From Phoronis australis (lineage: Eukaryota; Animalia; Phoronida), in the NCBI GenBank assembly GCA_002633005.1, contig NMRA01000096.1, positions 886,100 to 950,099 on the forward strand: a stretch of 64,000 nucleotides of DNA, in the 5' to 3' direction. Position numbers and translations under genes: made by a program. A model generated the notes under the pieces. The model did not search any database. It was not told the DNA's origin and was given only the letters and a program-made list of their open reading frames with translations. Shown here in pieces: positions 39,204 to 64,000 of this stretch; position 1 is the first letter of the stretch; each line of letters starts with the position of its first letter.

Positions 39204-40239
39204 ATATTACATTTAACAATTTTATATCAAAGCAAGAAACTTGTGAATAAAGATACAATTCGCCCGTTAGTGGCATGAAATCGGCCACACTACAGTTCTT
39301 ACTGTAACCGCCAGGTAGTGCCCAACAACTTTGAAACCGTCAGCGACTCAGTAGCAAGCGATTTAGTAAGGTTGACCGATCTTAACAGCGTGAAGTCAAA
39401 AGTTGCACAGTAGGCCTACGCATTGCCGGTGACTTACATTGTTAGTAACGAAAATGTATGCATAATCTTGTCATAGTAAGGAATATTTCATGTTTTCATT
39501 TACCCGGCGACCCGCAAGCTTCAAAAGATCCTCTATGAAAAACTATTAAGAGTCAGTGTACTTTAGACAGATTGTTAGATGGCTCTGCTCATGACGCCTA
39601 TTCCCAATTCCAGTAGGTAAATGCTGCTGTTTGACCATGCATCGTCGTCACACATGAAGCCACTTGGGTCTACTTTTCTTTTAAAATAACCAATGACAAA
39701 CAAGTGATTTTGCTTTACAATGAAATGCTTTTAACCACTTGTGGGTTTCCAAACTTAGTTGAAAAGAGGGACAAAATCGCTATCTTGTTGCATAACCTCG
39801 CCCTAAGTATAGAAATTTGGTGTGTGGAAACAAGCACGAGGTCTTACCGAAAAGCAGGTGAATTTCCGTTGTGCAGCAACTCGTTGTCACCATGACGGCA
39901 AGAGAAGATGGGCATGATTTCCTCTTACTTTTTATCTTGCAAAACGTCTATAACAATTCATTTTACTAGCAATGCTTTAATGAAACTACAGGGCACACAG
40001 TAACCCATGTTATACTTTGCACAAACTCGTATTTCACGTTAAGGCTGCATGCTTATTTAAAAAATCGAATGTCATTTGTCTTCTCGACAGAAAATATAAT
40101 GAAATGCATAAACAAATAAATATTTTCACTTCACCCAGTAAACATGACGGGCCATGACATTGTGTTCGCACTAGGTATAGTATTTAATTGAAAGGTTTAC
40201 TTAAATAATAATGATAATGTCAACAAGATAATAATATAT

Positions 40240-40498
40240 TTTATTTATAGAGATCGTACCCAAGCTAGACAGGGAAGATTTACAAAATAGTCCTCTCACA
40301 CACACAAGAACAGCACAAAATTACAATATACTAAAATACATGCAGGGACTAAACTTCGGTGTATATACAAAATGATCGTGAGCTGTTTAGCAATAGACTT
40401 GGATCAAGCCGGGGTCCAATGGTAAGAGCGATCTAGTGGGATTTGAACCCACATTCTTTAGATTGGACGTCGGCAACTCTACCAGCAGCCAACATTGC
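40240..40498 (-). mobile_element. tRNA-derived SINE-like relic (duplicated at ~44580-44836)
   Basis: The minus strand has an A-box-like TGGCTGCTGGTAGAG and B-box GGGTTCAAATCCC at tRNA spacing, followed by a body ending in an A/T-rich tail. It does not fold as a full tRNA. Confidence 0.5.
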
Positions 40499-41119
40499 AT
40501 CCACTAAATATTATTAATATAGCAACGATAAAATTACAAAATATATTTTTAAATTTCAACAACAGTTGAATAACAAAATAATACGGAAATAACTTTCAAT
40601 ATTACTGTAAGTATTATTCGAAACAAAACAAACATCAATCACATTAATTAAGTACGGTCTGTTAAACCACCATACGTACAGTTGAAATACACGAAGAAGT
40701 CGTTCAATTAAAGGGACATTACAGGCGAGATAAGAATTTTTTTGAGATCAGACTGAGCGCCTAATCGAACCTGTAATTCACGTGTTACCAAACGCCACGC
40801 TGGGGGCCGATCTAAATGCCACTTGATAAATGGCAGAGCATTGTAAGCGTATTTAACAGGTGAAGCAACAGATCTTGATTTGCAGTGAATGTCTGATAGA
40901 CAATGGCAAGAACCGGTGATTTGTCATAGAATCACAAAAACATGACGGATTGCGTTTTTTTTATTTATGCAGGGTGCCCGTTAGGCACCTTCGAAATAGT
41001 ATCCACCTACTCGCAAGCATTTGATGGAAACAAAACTTATCTCAAACAGGCCTGTAACAAATATTTTGCCCCGAAGTAATTGACACACGACCAAATATAC
41101 TGACTACGTGAAACTGTTC

Positions 41120-42949
<1,830 letters not shown>

Positions 42950-43030
42950 GGTACTCGCGTTGAAAATATGCAAATAGTACGATGTGCAATGTTTCTTCTC
43001 AAGTTTTGAACGCTTTATAAAATGACAACA

Positions 43031-43221
43031 TTTATATACACCTATGCAATCCATAGGTCCACTTCCACGTGTTTCAAGGTACCGTGTGAAGCCAGTTTGA
43101 TTATTGACTGGCAGTTCCACCGTGGAACCTGTGACTGAACAGACTCTTTTGTTGTGCAATGAGTGGGATATCCGTGTCACATGATGCTTCTATTTTTAGA
43201 TTCCAGCGGGAAAACTGAAAC
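43031..43221 (-). promoter_or_regulatory. Promoter of ARF-like paralogue A
   Basis: TATAAA on the minus strand ~85 bp upstream of the ATG. Blocks CACTTCCACGTGTTTCA, GTTCCACCGTGGAAC and GGGATATCC are conserved with the paralogue B promoter. Confidence 0.55.
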
Positions 43222-43257
43222 ATCTCAATGCTGTTGCTTTACGAAATTTTAAATATT

Positions 43258-43568
43258 CATAGGCGGATTTAGGGGAGGGGGGCAGAGGCCCCCTTTTGGC
43301 TGCCGCAAGCAAAAATGAAACAGCAACAGCGTGAAGCATGAAGAAATGAGTTCAGTAAATAGGATCAGTATAATGGAGAAGGGGGGGTTCAGACCCTAGA
43401 TTGGGGCGGGATCGCGTTTTTTTATTCCAGCGATAGATTTTTCGAACAGGAGGTTCATGCTCCCGACCCCCGCATTCTGCGGGCAGTTTGTGCACATACA
43501 CACGCGCTTTGCCCAATTCCCCGAGGCAACGTGTTGCCCCCCCTTATGGTATCCTAGATCCGCCACTG
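43258..43568. mobile_element. CATAGGCGG...CCGCCACTG family MITE, 5-bp TSD
   Basis: Complete termini; TSD ATATT on both sides. Confidence 0.85.
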
Positions 43569-45458
43569 ATATTATATTTAACATTTTTATATCAAAGCAA
43601 GAAACTTGTGAATAAAGATACAATTCGCTCGTTAGTGGCATCAAATCGGCCACACTACAGTTCTTACTGTAAACGCCAGGTCGTGTCCAACAACTTCGAA
43701 ACCGTCAGTGACTCAATAGCAAGCGCTTTAGTAAGGTTGACCGATCTCAACAGCGTGAAGTCAAAAATTGCACTGTACGCATTGTCAGTGACTTACGTTG
43801 TTAGTAACGAAAATGCATGCATAATCTTGTCATAGTAAGGAATATTTCAGGTTTTCATTTACCCGGCGACCCGCAAGTTTCAAAAGATCCTCTATGAAAA
43901 ACTATTAAGAGTCAGTGTACTGTAGACAGATTGTTAGATGGCTCTGCTCATGACGCCTATTTCCAATTCCAGTTGGTAAATGCTGCTGTTTCACCATGCA
44001 TCGTCGTCACACATGAAGCCACTTGGGTCTACTTCTCTTTTAAAATAACCAATGACAGACAGTGATTTTGCTTTACAATGAAATGCTTTTAACCACTTGT
44101 GGGTTTCCAAACTTAGTTGAAAAGAGGGACAAAATCGCTATCTTGTTGCATAACCTCGCCCTAAGTATATAAATTTGGTGTGTGGAAACAAGCATGAGGT
44201 CTTACCGAAAAACAGCAACTCGTTGTCACCATGACGCCAAGAAAAGACGGACATGGTTTCCTCATAGTTTTTATCTTGCAAAATGTCTATAACAATTCAT
44301 TTTACTAGCAATGCTTTAATGAAACTACAGGGCATACAGTAACCCATGTTATACTTTGCACAAACTCGTATTTCACGTTAAGGCTGCATGCTTATTTAAA
44401 AAATCGAATGTCATTTGTTTTCTCGACAGAAAGTATAATGAAATGCATATACAAATAAATATTTTCACTTCACTTAGTAAACATGACGGGCCATGACACT
44501 GTGTTCGCACTATGTATAGTACTTAATTGAAAGGTTTACTTAAATAATAATGAAAATGTCAACAAGATAATAATATTTTTTATTTATAGAGATCGTACCC
44601 AAGCTAGACAGGGAAGATTTACAAAATAGTCTTCTCATACACACAAGAACAGTACAAAATTACAATATACTAAAATACATGCAAGGACTAAACTTCGGTG
44701 TATATACAAAATGATCGTGAGCTGTTTAGCAATAGACTTGGATCAAGCCGGGGTCCAATGGTAAGAGCGATCTAGTGGGATTTGAACCCACATTCTTTAG
44801 ATTGGACGTCGGCAACTCTACCAGCAGCCAACATTGCATCCACTAAATAATATTAATATAGCAACGATAAAATTACAAAATATATTTTTAAATTTCAACA
44901 ACAGTCGAATAACAAAATATTACGGAAATAACTTTCAATATCACTGTAAGTATTATTCGAAACAAAACAAACATCAATCACATTAAGTACGGTCTGTAAA
45001 ACCACCATACGTACAGTTGAAATACACGAAGAAGTCGTTCAATTAAAGGGACATTACAGGCGAGATAAGAATTATTTTTTTTTGAGATCATACTGAGCGC
45101 CTAATCGAACCTGTAACTCACGTGTTGCCAAACGCCACGCTGGGAGCCGAGCTAAATGCCACTTGATAAATGGCAGAGCATTGTAAGCGTATTTAACAGG
45201 TGAAGCAACAGATCTTGATTTGCAGTGAATGTCTGATAGACAATGGTAAGAACCGGTGATTTGTCATAAAATCGTAAAAACATGACGGATTGCGTTTTTT
45301 TATTTATGCAGGGTGCCCGTTAGGCACCTTCGAAATAGTATCCACCTACTCGTAAGCATTTGACGGATACAAAACTTAACTCAAACAGGTCTGTAACAAA
45401 TATTTTGCCCCGAAGTAATTGACACACGACCAAATATACTGACTGCGTGAAACTGTTC

Positions 45459-46997
<1,539 letters not shown>

Positions 46998-47478
46998 GGT
47001 CGGCCTACTCGATCAGATCGCGTTCAATTCGACGTCCAATGTTTCTTCTCAAGTTTTGAACACTTACCACAAGTGTCACCATTTATATGCACCTATGCTA
47101 TATACAGATACACTTCCACGTGTTTCATGGCACCGTGTCAATCATGTTTGATTATTGCCGAGTGGCAGTTCCACCGTGGAACCTGTGCCTGAATGGACTT
47201 ACGCAATGCGTTGGGATATCCTTGTCACGTGACGCTTCTATTTTTAGATTGTAGCTGCACCAGTCATTCGATTATTTTTCGTAAAGTATCACGGTGCCGT
47301 ATAATCGTTTACAGGACAAAAATTTAGATATGCTTGACAGTTTTCTTGCTATCAAACCAAGATATTTGAACATGATAGTTGAATCTAATTCAAAGTCTCG
47401 CTTTATCTCGTTTGTCCGACGTCCAAATCTTCCATCTTCCTGCTTCGATGTTTGAGTGAAAATATTGCGATCTTCATT
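46998..47478. promoter_or_regulatory. Shared, probably bidirectional promoter of ARF-like B (-) and Rab4 (+)
   Basis: The start codons are 481 bp apart and head-to-head. TATAAA (-) at ~47082-47087, palindrome GTTCCACCGTGGAAC at 47168-47182, and perfect GTCACGTGAC (CLEAR/E-box) at 47224-47233. Confidence 0.6.
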
Positions 47479-56349
<8,871 letters not shown>

Positions 56350-58411
56350 TGACCCCTTTTGGTGAAAATGATAGCAAGAAGTACAAACGAATTGGTGACA
56401 TACTGTTGAAAGGGGCATGTTATGTAAAGACTGTAAGTTCACTGACAAATGTCAACACCTAAAAACTCTGTAAACCATATCCTGGTGTCATAAAACAACT
56501 TTTAATTTCAAGCGCGTTTGCTCCTGCCCGCAATTTTCATGGCATTTTGACGTTCTGTTTGAATTGAAGTAGTGACTGTAAAGTGATTTGAATTCCCTGT
56601 GACGGCTATACAATTATGGCAGCCGAAACTATCTTGCTGTGACAAGCATCCGTAACGAGTCTGGTCTGAAACAATAATGAACTATCCATAATGGCAAATA
56701 AGTTTAATCATCATCATTATTATTATCATAGGCTTTATTTAACGAGGACAGATTATAAATATACAAAGCATGCTATCATACCGCATGGTCCTTGATAGTT
56801 TAATAAATAAATAAATTAACTAAATGGAAGGAATCAGAAGTTGTTTTTTGACAGGTGTGGGTGTGTTCTGAAGAGTTCAAAGTTTTGATTTTCAAATTAA
56901 GCATTAGTGGGGCAACACTTGTAGCGCCGGTCTTTTGTTGGCTGTACCTGCTCTGTATGTGCATGCATGTTGTAATGTTATCTTGTATGCTAGGTAGTTA
57001 CTCAAGTAACATAAGTGAGTCCCTTTAACTATTGTTCAATACGCATGCATTTTTAAGTTAAGTGCAAATGAATGTACAACTGTTTTGACGTAGACCACTC
57101 TTGTGTTCACTTTGTTTCTCTATTTGCCGTGTGTTGATCGTTGTCTCAGTGTAAACAAGTTTAAACCTAACAATGTCGGTTACCTAAACAACAGTGTTTT
57201 ACCTTACTAGTAGTAGCAACATTGGGTTGTCGGGTTGCATTCCGTTACTGTTATTTGTTGAAATTGTTTAAAGAATTTTTTGTTCGACTTCACGTGTCTT
57301 TTGTCATCTCTGACAATAGATTAATGACTCCTTACTGCAATCTATCGCATTTATATCCACGTAAAGTCTCGTTCATGTTCACAGTGGATTAGTGCTTTTA
57401 GGTGCATTTTTTCAAATGCTATGCTTTTCCCGGATATCATAATCCTTATTTCTAGAAGCTTGATTTTAGATTTCAAGCGGGATTTCTGTCAGCATGTGCC
57501 ATTAAAAATAAGTAACGCCCAGATTTTATAACATATGATCTATTTGTCATGTCATATTAATTGATCCTTCATTTGTAAATATCTCATTTAGATATCCAAG
57601 TTGACTATGTACGACCACAACTAGAATTTAGTGTAAGTTACAGTGTTCAGTATTGGAGCTGCCTGGGTCCTGAGGTTACACTATTTGTGGATGCCCAATT
57701 TTGGTAAATATTGGCTCACATGATAAGTATAATTTGCTTACTTGTGACTTTGTTTGGCTTCTTAAGTTTTGGCAATAATTACGACGACCTTCAAAAACAA
57801 CTGGTTTTCTTTAAGGAGCAGAAACAATAGACTTCACAAGTGTTTGTTGGCACTTTCAGTTGCTTGTTCAAGTTACTATGTTCACTCATTGACCTCTGGA
57901 TCTGCTGTCTTGGGTTTTTGTACTAGAAACTCAACTCGAAAATTGGCCAATTACAAGTCACCCTTCGAGTAAATTTAAAAAATTGTACTCTAATCATGCA
58001 ACATGATTGGTGGAATTCAACTTGGGTCAGAGTTCAGAGATTAGATGCTGGATCCTGTTGTCTTGCACCTGAAGTTGAAATTCCTTAACTCAAGTGTGTG
58101 TTTACATCATTACACGAGCTCTCCTATTTGTGTTCACTTTGATTTACTCAGAAATGTACCCTCTGTACTTAAAACAATATTGCGACAACATGACTAATAC
58201 TTGAAGTGCAAGATCAATATTTCTGTCTAGTCAACGTTTTACACTGCGTCCTTGGTAATCATCCCTGCTAATCATCCTTGCAAAACGTTTATCTCTGATG
58301 GAAAGTGTCCCTAGATTTTTAGCAGGGTTTGTAATTATTCACAATTACATGTAGTAAATGATAAAACCTGTTTGTAATTACCTGTTTGTTGTTCAAACAA
58401 AACTATATAAT

Positions 58412-58572
58412 AATAAAACTTGCAACTAGACTTTTTGAATAAAATAAATCAAAAGTTTGTTGCATCCATGTTCACTTTGATTATGATTGCCAGATCAGTA
58501 GTTGTGTATATACAGTCATGTTACAAAGTATAAAATTATATCGCAAGCTCACTACTGTATTCTGTTATTTAT
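58412..58572. terminator. Candidate convergent polyadenylation signals of Rab4 (+) and CCSAP-like (-)
   Basis: AATAAA at 58412 and ~58438-58448 on +, and TTTATT (AATAAA on -) at ~58567, between the two stop codons. Which signals are used is inferred only. Confidence 0.4.
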
Positions 58573-59978
58573 TCACACATACATGCTACAAATAAATACA
58601 GTTAAAGGTGTCGTATTTGGTATCCAACATTAGTAGCTAACTTGGATTTGCGCTAAAACAAAAAACATTAAAAATGCTGCAACTGATATGATGTTTCATG
58701 CCAAGACATAAAATCCCAATTATTTTGAAGAGACTTATTAATTACAGTTGTGTAGAGTACACGTCAATACTCGGATTATGAAGGCTGTCGCGCTAACTAT
58801 TATAAAGAACAACCACTAACATTTATGTAAACGGCACTAACAAACTAAAGTACTCCAATCCTGTGCATCTGCTGTGCATTCAAACTCATTTGGCCCAAAA
58901 TTTAAAATAAAATTGAGTATCCTCAAGCCATCAATAATTACAAAACAAGAGCATGTCCATTTGAAAGTGTACCCAATTGCCAAAATACCTGCAGTCGAAA
59001 CAGTAATGGCAGATACAGCAGAATTTACAACTGTAGATTACTCCACACAAGAGATAATATTTTTAAGAGCGTGAGCAATTTGGAAAAATATCTACTTCAA
59101 AAGGTGTTGCCAAAAACAACATTTTCTTTTTCATTCAGTTAGTGCATTTGATACGTTTTTACTATACATTTGTCTACAGAACACCTGTCCATCAGTTGGC
59201 GTAAATGCTGAGCTCTTGATTATTCCACAAGAACAGCGCATTGCAAACTTGCACTCTTTTACTAGTCAACAATTCTAATGGGTAAATGCCCAGCACAAAA
59301 TTACAAGTGCGATCAATAACTGGAAACTGCATATCGCGCAATACCTTAATATCATTGATACAAAACTTAAAGCTGTATTTCCTTCCATTACAGTGGGTAA
59401 AAAAAAAACAACATTGAACTGGGCCATTCACAAAAACTGTCTCCTGATAGTCCTTACCTTGATCGGATTCTATTTCAGTTACCAACAAGAACACTGAAAC
59501 CTTTAGATAATCAAGAAAATGCTCCAGTTGAAGGCAGTTGGTCAATTCTAGAATTAAAAAAGGTACCTGAACGCATTGCTTAAGATGCAACTTGGTGACA
59601 AAAATGGAAAAGAGAAGACCAGTTTTGTGACATTTTAAGTCTAATTTTGTTTTTCGTCCCACCTAAACAGAATGAAACTGAGATCATTTAATGTTGAAAA
59701 GGCATGGTTTCTTGTTAATAGTAACAATTCTTTAATTTACAAGACATACAAACGTTTACCATTCCAAAAGTGAAATTTCACTAGATACGATAATCTTTCA
59801 TGGTCTGCATTGAAAATAAGGCTCTAAATTAAGGAACATTCCTATTAACAAGACAAACGTTTCTTTGTGTACAGCCCCACACATCCATAACAATTTGAAT
59901 TACAGAGGTAGGATAGACTATAATTTATTTACATGCATACTACAACATTTTTATACGATAATATCCACTTTTTTGTCG

Positions 59979-61394
59979 TCATAGAGCAGCATTGAAAGTT
60001 ACACCGCCAATTTTTCTGGCTGATATGTTTCTCTCATACTCCGACTTGTCATGGGGTGGATAATGACTACTGTACTCAGTTTCCCAACTGTCTGTTTGCC
60101 TGGCCACGCGTTCATTGAACAATGCTTCCTCTTGAGATATTTTTGATTTTGACGATTTTTTCTGCTGTTGCTGTGATCTTAATTGGATCTCTGCTTGGCG
60201 TCGTTTCTGCGCTCTAAGTGCTGCATTATGGGCCTGCAATACGGATCAATGTTGGGATCACACAGTTAAAACAGGAGACAACCTGTTGGATGCCTTGATA
60301 TTTATATTGGAAAAAGTAAGTCAATGTGAAATTTATGCAAGCAGTGTCAGTAAAGGAGACTGAAATTCGAAACATAATACCGGTACTTTCTGACACCGGA
60401 CAATGTTTGACCTTAGCTAAATCAAACAGGACAAGGTTCAAACTTAGCAAAAGATAACAGGCAAGTGCTCTGATTTCATTAACTTCTAGTAGATTTACAA
60501 ACAATTCAAGTTTAAGTTTGAAACCAGCTTCTGAACGTGATTTGCTTCAAGTTTGACAACTTACAAGCAAACGTAACGAGGTCAACTTAATTTCTAACCA
60601 ACCTAAAATATGCTAGGTAATGGTAAAAAATAAATTTATTACCAAAGCTCCTGCCTTGATATTGTATGTTCTTTTGTCGCCTGTCTCAATTCCCCTAAAT
60701 CCTGTACCATAAGGAAGGAAGGGAATTTGTTCAGGTAGGGCAGCGGGTACCAATTTATCAGGTCTCTTTCGGACTCGTGGTGGCGCCGTTTTCCTCCTGG
60801 GCTTTTTATCTGAAACCAGTAACAATGGAGATGAGAGCAGAAATGTACGTACAGAAAAGGGTTAAATAATGGCACAGTCCGTCCCATCAGGAAAGTGAAA
60901 ACATGCTAAGACAAACAAAGGCAGAAAATACCATGAATCATGATCATAAAAACAACAAGCACAGAGGCTAAAAATTAGACAATGTCTTTCAAAACAAGTC
61001 ACAGATTTCCTGTGCACCACATTAACCAGTACAAAACCCCCGTTATCATCAACTCACCTGATTTCGGTGTATTAGGTAAAGTTACATCATCTGCCCAGGT
61101 GACAGGTGTCTGATTACACCTGTCCTTCTGTTGCCATAGTGAAGTGTCTCTTCCATCAGGGGTAGTCTCATCTCCTACAGTAGACGAACTGCTACTGCTA
61201 CGTACGCTGCCCTTTCCACCACGCGGCAACTTCCTGACATTCCATGTGAACGGGTCGTGAGAATGCCAGTTCTCAAGTTTGCGCCTATACTCCCGATATC
61301 CAACGTTCTCTTGAAAAACCTTGGCTTGGTTGCAAGACAGGATTGAGCGCTTTGGACTGAACTGTTTGCCATATTCTGATTTCCCACCACCCAT
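59979..61394 (-). CDS. CCSAP: Centriole, cilia and spindle-associated protein-like, 252 aa, 3 coding exons
   Basis: Exons 61058-61394, 60643-60809 and 59979-60233 (759 nt, in frame). The N-terminal KSEYGKQF...YREYRRKLE..H.PFTW and C-terminal PFLPYG.G....ETGDKRTYNI.A..AHNAALRAQKRRQ...WETEY...Y blocks match recalled CCSAP motifs (KSEYMKRY...YRLGRRLLE..H.PW.W; PFALYGWG...DTG..KTHNV.A...HESALRAKNRRQ...WMTEY...Y). The acceptor at 61432 implies an upstream non-coding exon. Confidence 0.8.
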
Positions 61395-62583
61395 TACACT
61401 ACTTTAGTTTGGGCTTCAGTGATGTGCATTGTCTGCAAAACAAACAGCCAATATCATTGTCGTCAAGCAGTCATAAACACAAGACGCAGTGTAATACCAA
61501 TCCACTGCATCAGTCACAAATTATTTATACTCGATCTACTGACAAAGTATTAGAAAGCAAAAAGCAGATTTGACTTTTTTGCAGCAACGAGTTTGAATTT
61601 TGCACCGATTAATCTGCCTTAGATTTATTCTCGAAAGTTTGAAAATCTATGCTTGCAACTTATAGAGGATTAGGGATTTCTTAAACAAATTAGCTCATTT
61701 TGGACTTCTGGCATCAATGCATTTACATGAAAGTATGGACATGAGCCTTCAGCACATTAAATTTTGTAACCCCCATCAAGTCTGAGTTTCCTACAGAAAT
61801 CAACAATGGAAAGGTCACTGACATGGTTTTGCTGTTGAAACAGACAGACATACTAGTAATGAAATCAAAATGCAAGGGTTAATGCAGAATAAAAGTTTAA
61901 TGTTATTAATTTGGAAATGTCACTTTGTCTTGTCAGGACACACAAGAGGCAGAGCAACTGGCCACAGTACAGACAACGTTGCTTAAAGTTGTTTGGAATT
62001 GGTTCCAAATAAATGAACCAGAGGCACTCTAACCACCCGCTTACAAGATACCATAGAAGAGTGTCATACGACGAGTACCTGCTAAAATTAAAAGTGCCTG
62101 TGGGTGAATGGGTGAACCCTGTTTCTTGACAACAACTGCTTAACTTTACAAGTGTTGTGACAAGTGACTTCTGATATGACTTAGTCGCATAAAGCCTCCC
62201 TAGTAGTAAACTGCTTGCCATGCGACAATTGAGTGAACAATTTGAACGCTCGGCTCTCATGCAAGCAACACCAGTTCAAGTCTCAGTGTGTCAAAAGACT
62301 TTTCAACATTAGCCCCCAATAACGGTAGTACCCAAGACCAGACCGAACGTCAACACTCCACTCAGGGCATTCCGAAGCAGGGCTCTGCCTCCAGCAACTT
62401 GAGTGGGAATCCAGACCAGAATCAGAGATGTAGCCGACCATAGAATGGAGAGGAGTGTTGTAACACATATCTTTGGGGTGTGAAGCCTTTAAGTCTATAA
62501 ATTGCTTGTCAAGCAGTAATTGCCTGAATGGTTTGGATGCTCAGCTCTCTAGCGGGAAACCTCAGTTCCACTTTCTTGGTGTC

Positions 62584-62833
62584 CATAGGCGGATTTAAGG
62601 CCCCCCCCCCTTGGCTGCTGCAGTAAAAATAAAACAGCAAGAGTGCGAGGCAATTAACCAGGGGCTAACACAACATTTTGATGTGTTGAGGGAATCCCCG
62701 TTTTTTTTTAATCCTTCGAATTGATTCTTAGTAGTAGCCATGCTTACCCGAAAGTTATCGTGTTTTGCATGGTTGCCCCAGACATGTTGAGCCCCCACCC
62801 CCTTATGTCCTTATGATATCCTATCTGCCACTG
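62584..62833. mobile_element. CATAGGCGG...GCCACTG family MITE, 5-bp TSD
   Basis: Termini CATAGGCGGATTTAAG / CTATCTGCCACTG; TSD GTGTC on both sides. Confidence 0.8.
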
Positions 62834-63479
62834 GTGTCAACAGAATTTTCAACACGACTTAAACTGGGAGTTGAACCGATCATAGGCATTTAAATGGGAA
62901 ATTTGGAAGAGAGACAAGACCGAACAAGTATGCCTTGGACATTGGCAATCAGCAACATTTTCTTCTCGTTCTCTTCACTGACTTCACTCCGACACTCGTT
63001 ACTCGACTTGTCGGTGTCGCCGGTCGAAGACAAAACTACTGTCTGTACTTTACCGTTTAATCAAAGTTAGCGAAACGGGTAAGTAAAATTCAGATAGCTA
63101 AAGTTTATACCTGCCGCAGTACCCCGGTTATCTATTGTCAGATAGTGTATCACTGCAATGTGACGCAAACAAATGTTGAAAACGATTCATAAAACCGCGC
63201 TTCCTTGTTTTGAGCTTCAAAATTTATATCACGTGACCGTGCTGGCCTCGGTTTGGTAGAACGTGTGGCATTTGAATAGTGGCACAAAACTCAAATTACA
63301 ACAAAATAATTGTTTTGTATCATCTTTTGTTGCAGTTCAGCTCTTTTTATCATAAAAAGAGGAATAAGTGGGCTAAATACACTAAATCTACAAATAATCA
63401 GTTGACTTTAATTTCCTGTCTTGTCATTGCCTTAGGACAAATAGGACACGGATTTTTGGACGGAGCTGAGGCTACCACT

Positions 63480-63532
63480 ATGACGACTCTCAGGCCTTTT
63501 ACTTGTGAAGACATGTTTAGGTTCAATAATGT
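63480..63532 (+). CDS. NAA20: N-alpha-acetyltransferase 20 (NatB catalytic subunit), first coding exon; gene continues beyond the window
   Basis: MTTLRPFTCEDMFRFNN(V) followed by a GTAAGT donor; matches the conserved NAA20/Nat3 N-terminus MTTLR.FTC.DLFRFNN. Confidence 0.9.
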
Positions 63533-63811
63533 GTAAGTTCCTTGAAAAAAGAACAGTGAAAACAGGCAGGTCGCCTGTCTTCACATCTGAGCTATACTGC
63601 CAAGCGTAATGGAATTATCAATTGCCCTCGGCCTCACTGACTCGGCTACTGCTACTACTACTAAATTAGTTTTAAGGCTCTTTAAGTTAGTATTACTAGT
63701 ACTAGGACTAGGAGTATGATCCGTTGGATCTGAGCCCTCCCCCCCTTGTTTCAGCGGTATAATTTTAATTACCGGGGTTAAATAATAAACTCAACGTTTC
63801 CCTACGCTCTC

Positions 63812-64000
63812 CAGGGCTCGACGCTATTAAAATCGCCAGGTCGCATTTTGCGACCTAGCCAAAATCCCAGGTCGCATTTTCAAAATCCAGCTCGCATTCG
63901 TAAATGCCAGGTCGCAAAATTTTCCCGCCATTTTTACACGCCAAAATAGATTTTTTAGATCATCGAGAAAATGTTTAGATTATGCTCTTACCTGCAGCGT
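63812..64000 (+). mobile_element. Left end of a hAT-like non-autonomous element
   Basis: CAGGGCTCGACGCTA terminus with repeated subterminal CCAGGTCGCA motifs; second copy at ~51176. Confidence 0.55.

Noticed and set aside
59192-59662. 156-aa minus-strand ORF
   Set aside because: Non-ATG start, AT-rich low-information composition, and it lies in the probable CCSAP-like 3' UTR.

Overview
AT-rich eukaryotic (bilaterian invertebrate, probably marine) genomic DNA with spliceosomal introns and three single-N scaffold gaps (8647, 23260, 42326). Genes reconstructed by hand from splice sites: a 4-exon, ~454-aa carnosine-synthase-like (CARNS1-type) ATP-grasp ligase (-), whose last two exons are repeated across the N at 23260 (probably an uncollapsed haplotype); two tandem ARF-like GTPase paralogues (-); a 7-exon Rab4 (+); a 3-coding-exon CCSAP-like gene (-) tail-to-tail with Rab4; and exon 1 of NAA20 (+). 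The rest is mobile DNA: three DINE-1/HINE-like (Helentron-associated) elements carrying ~149-bp higher-order tandem repeats, a 5'-truncated L1/Tx1 LINE, a Penelope relic, tRNA-derived SINEs and several MITE families, three of them with 5-bp target-site duplications. The most striking unexplained structure is that every monomer of the HINE satellite carries a co-oriented CTCF-consensus-like motif (CCACTAGG[T/G/A]GGCGC), and the arrays at 1-3 kb and 50-54 kb are convergent around the ATP-grasp/ARF cluster. All identities and family assignments are by eye and from recalled sequences; no searches were run.
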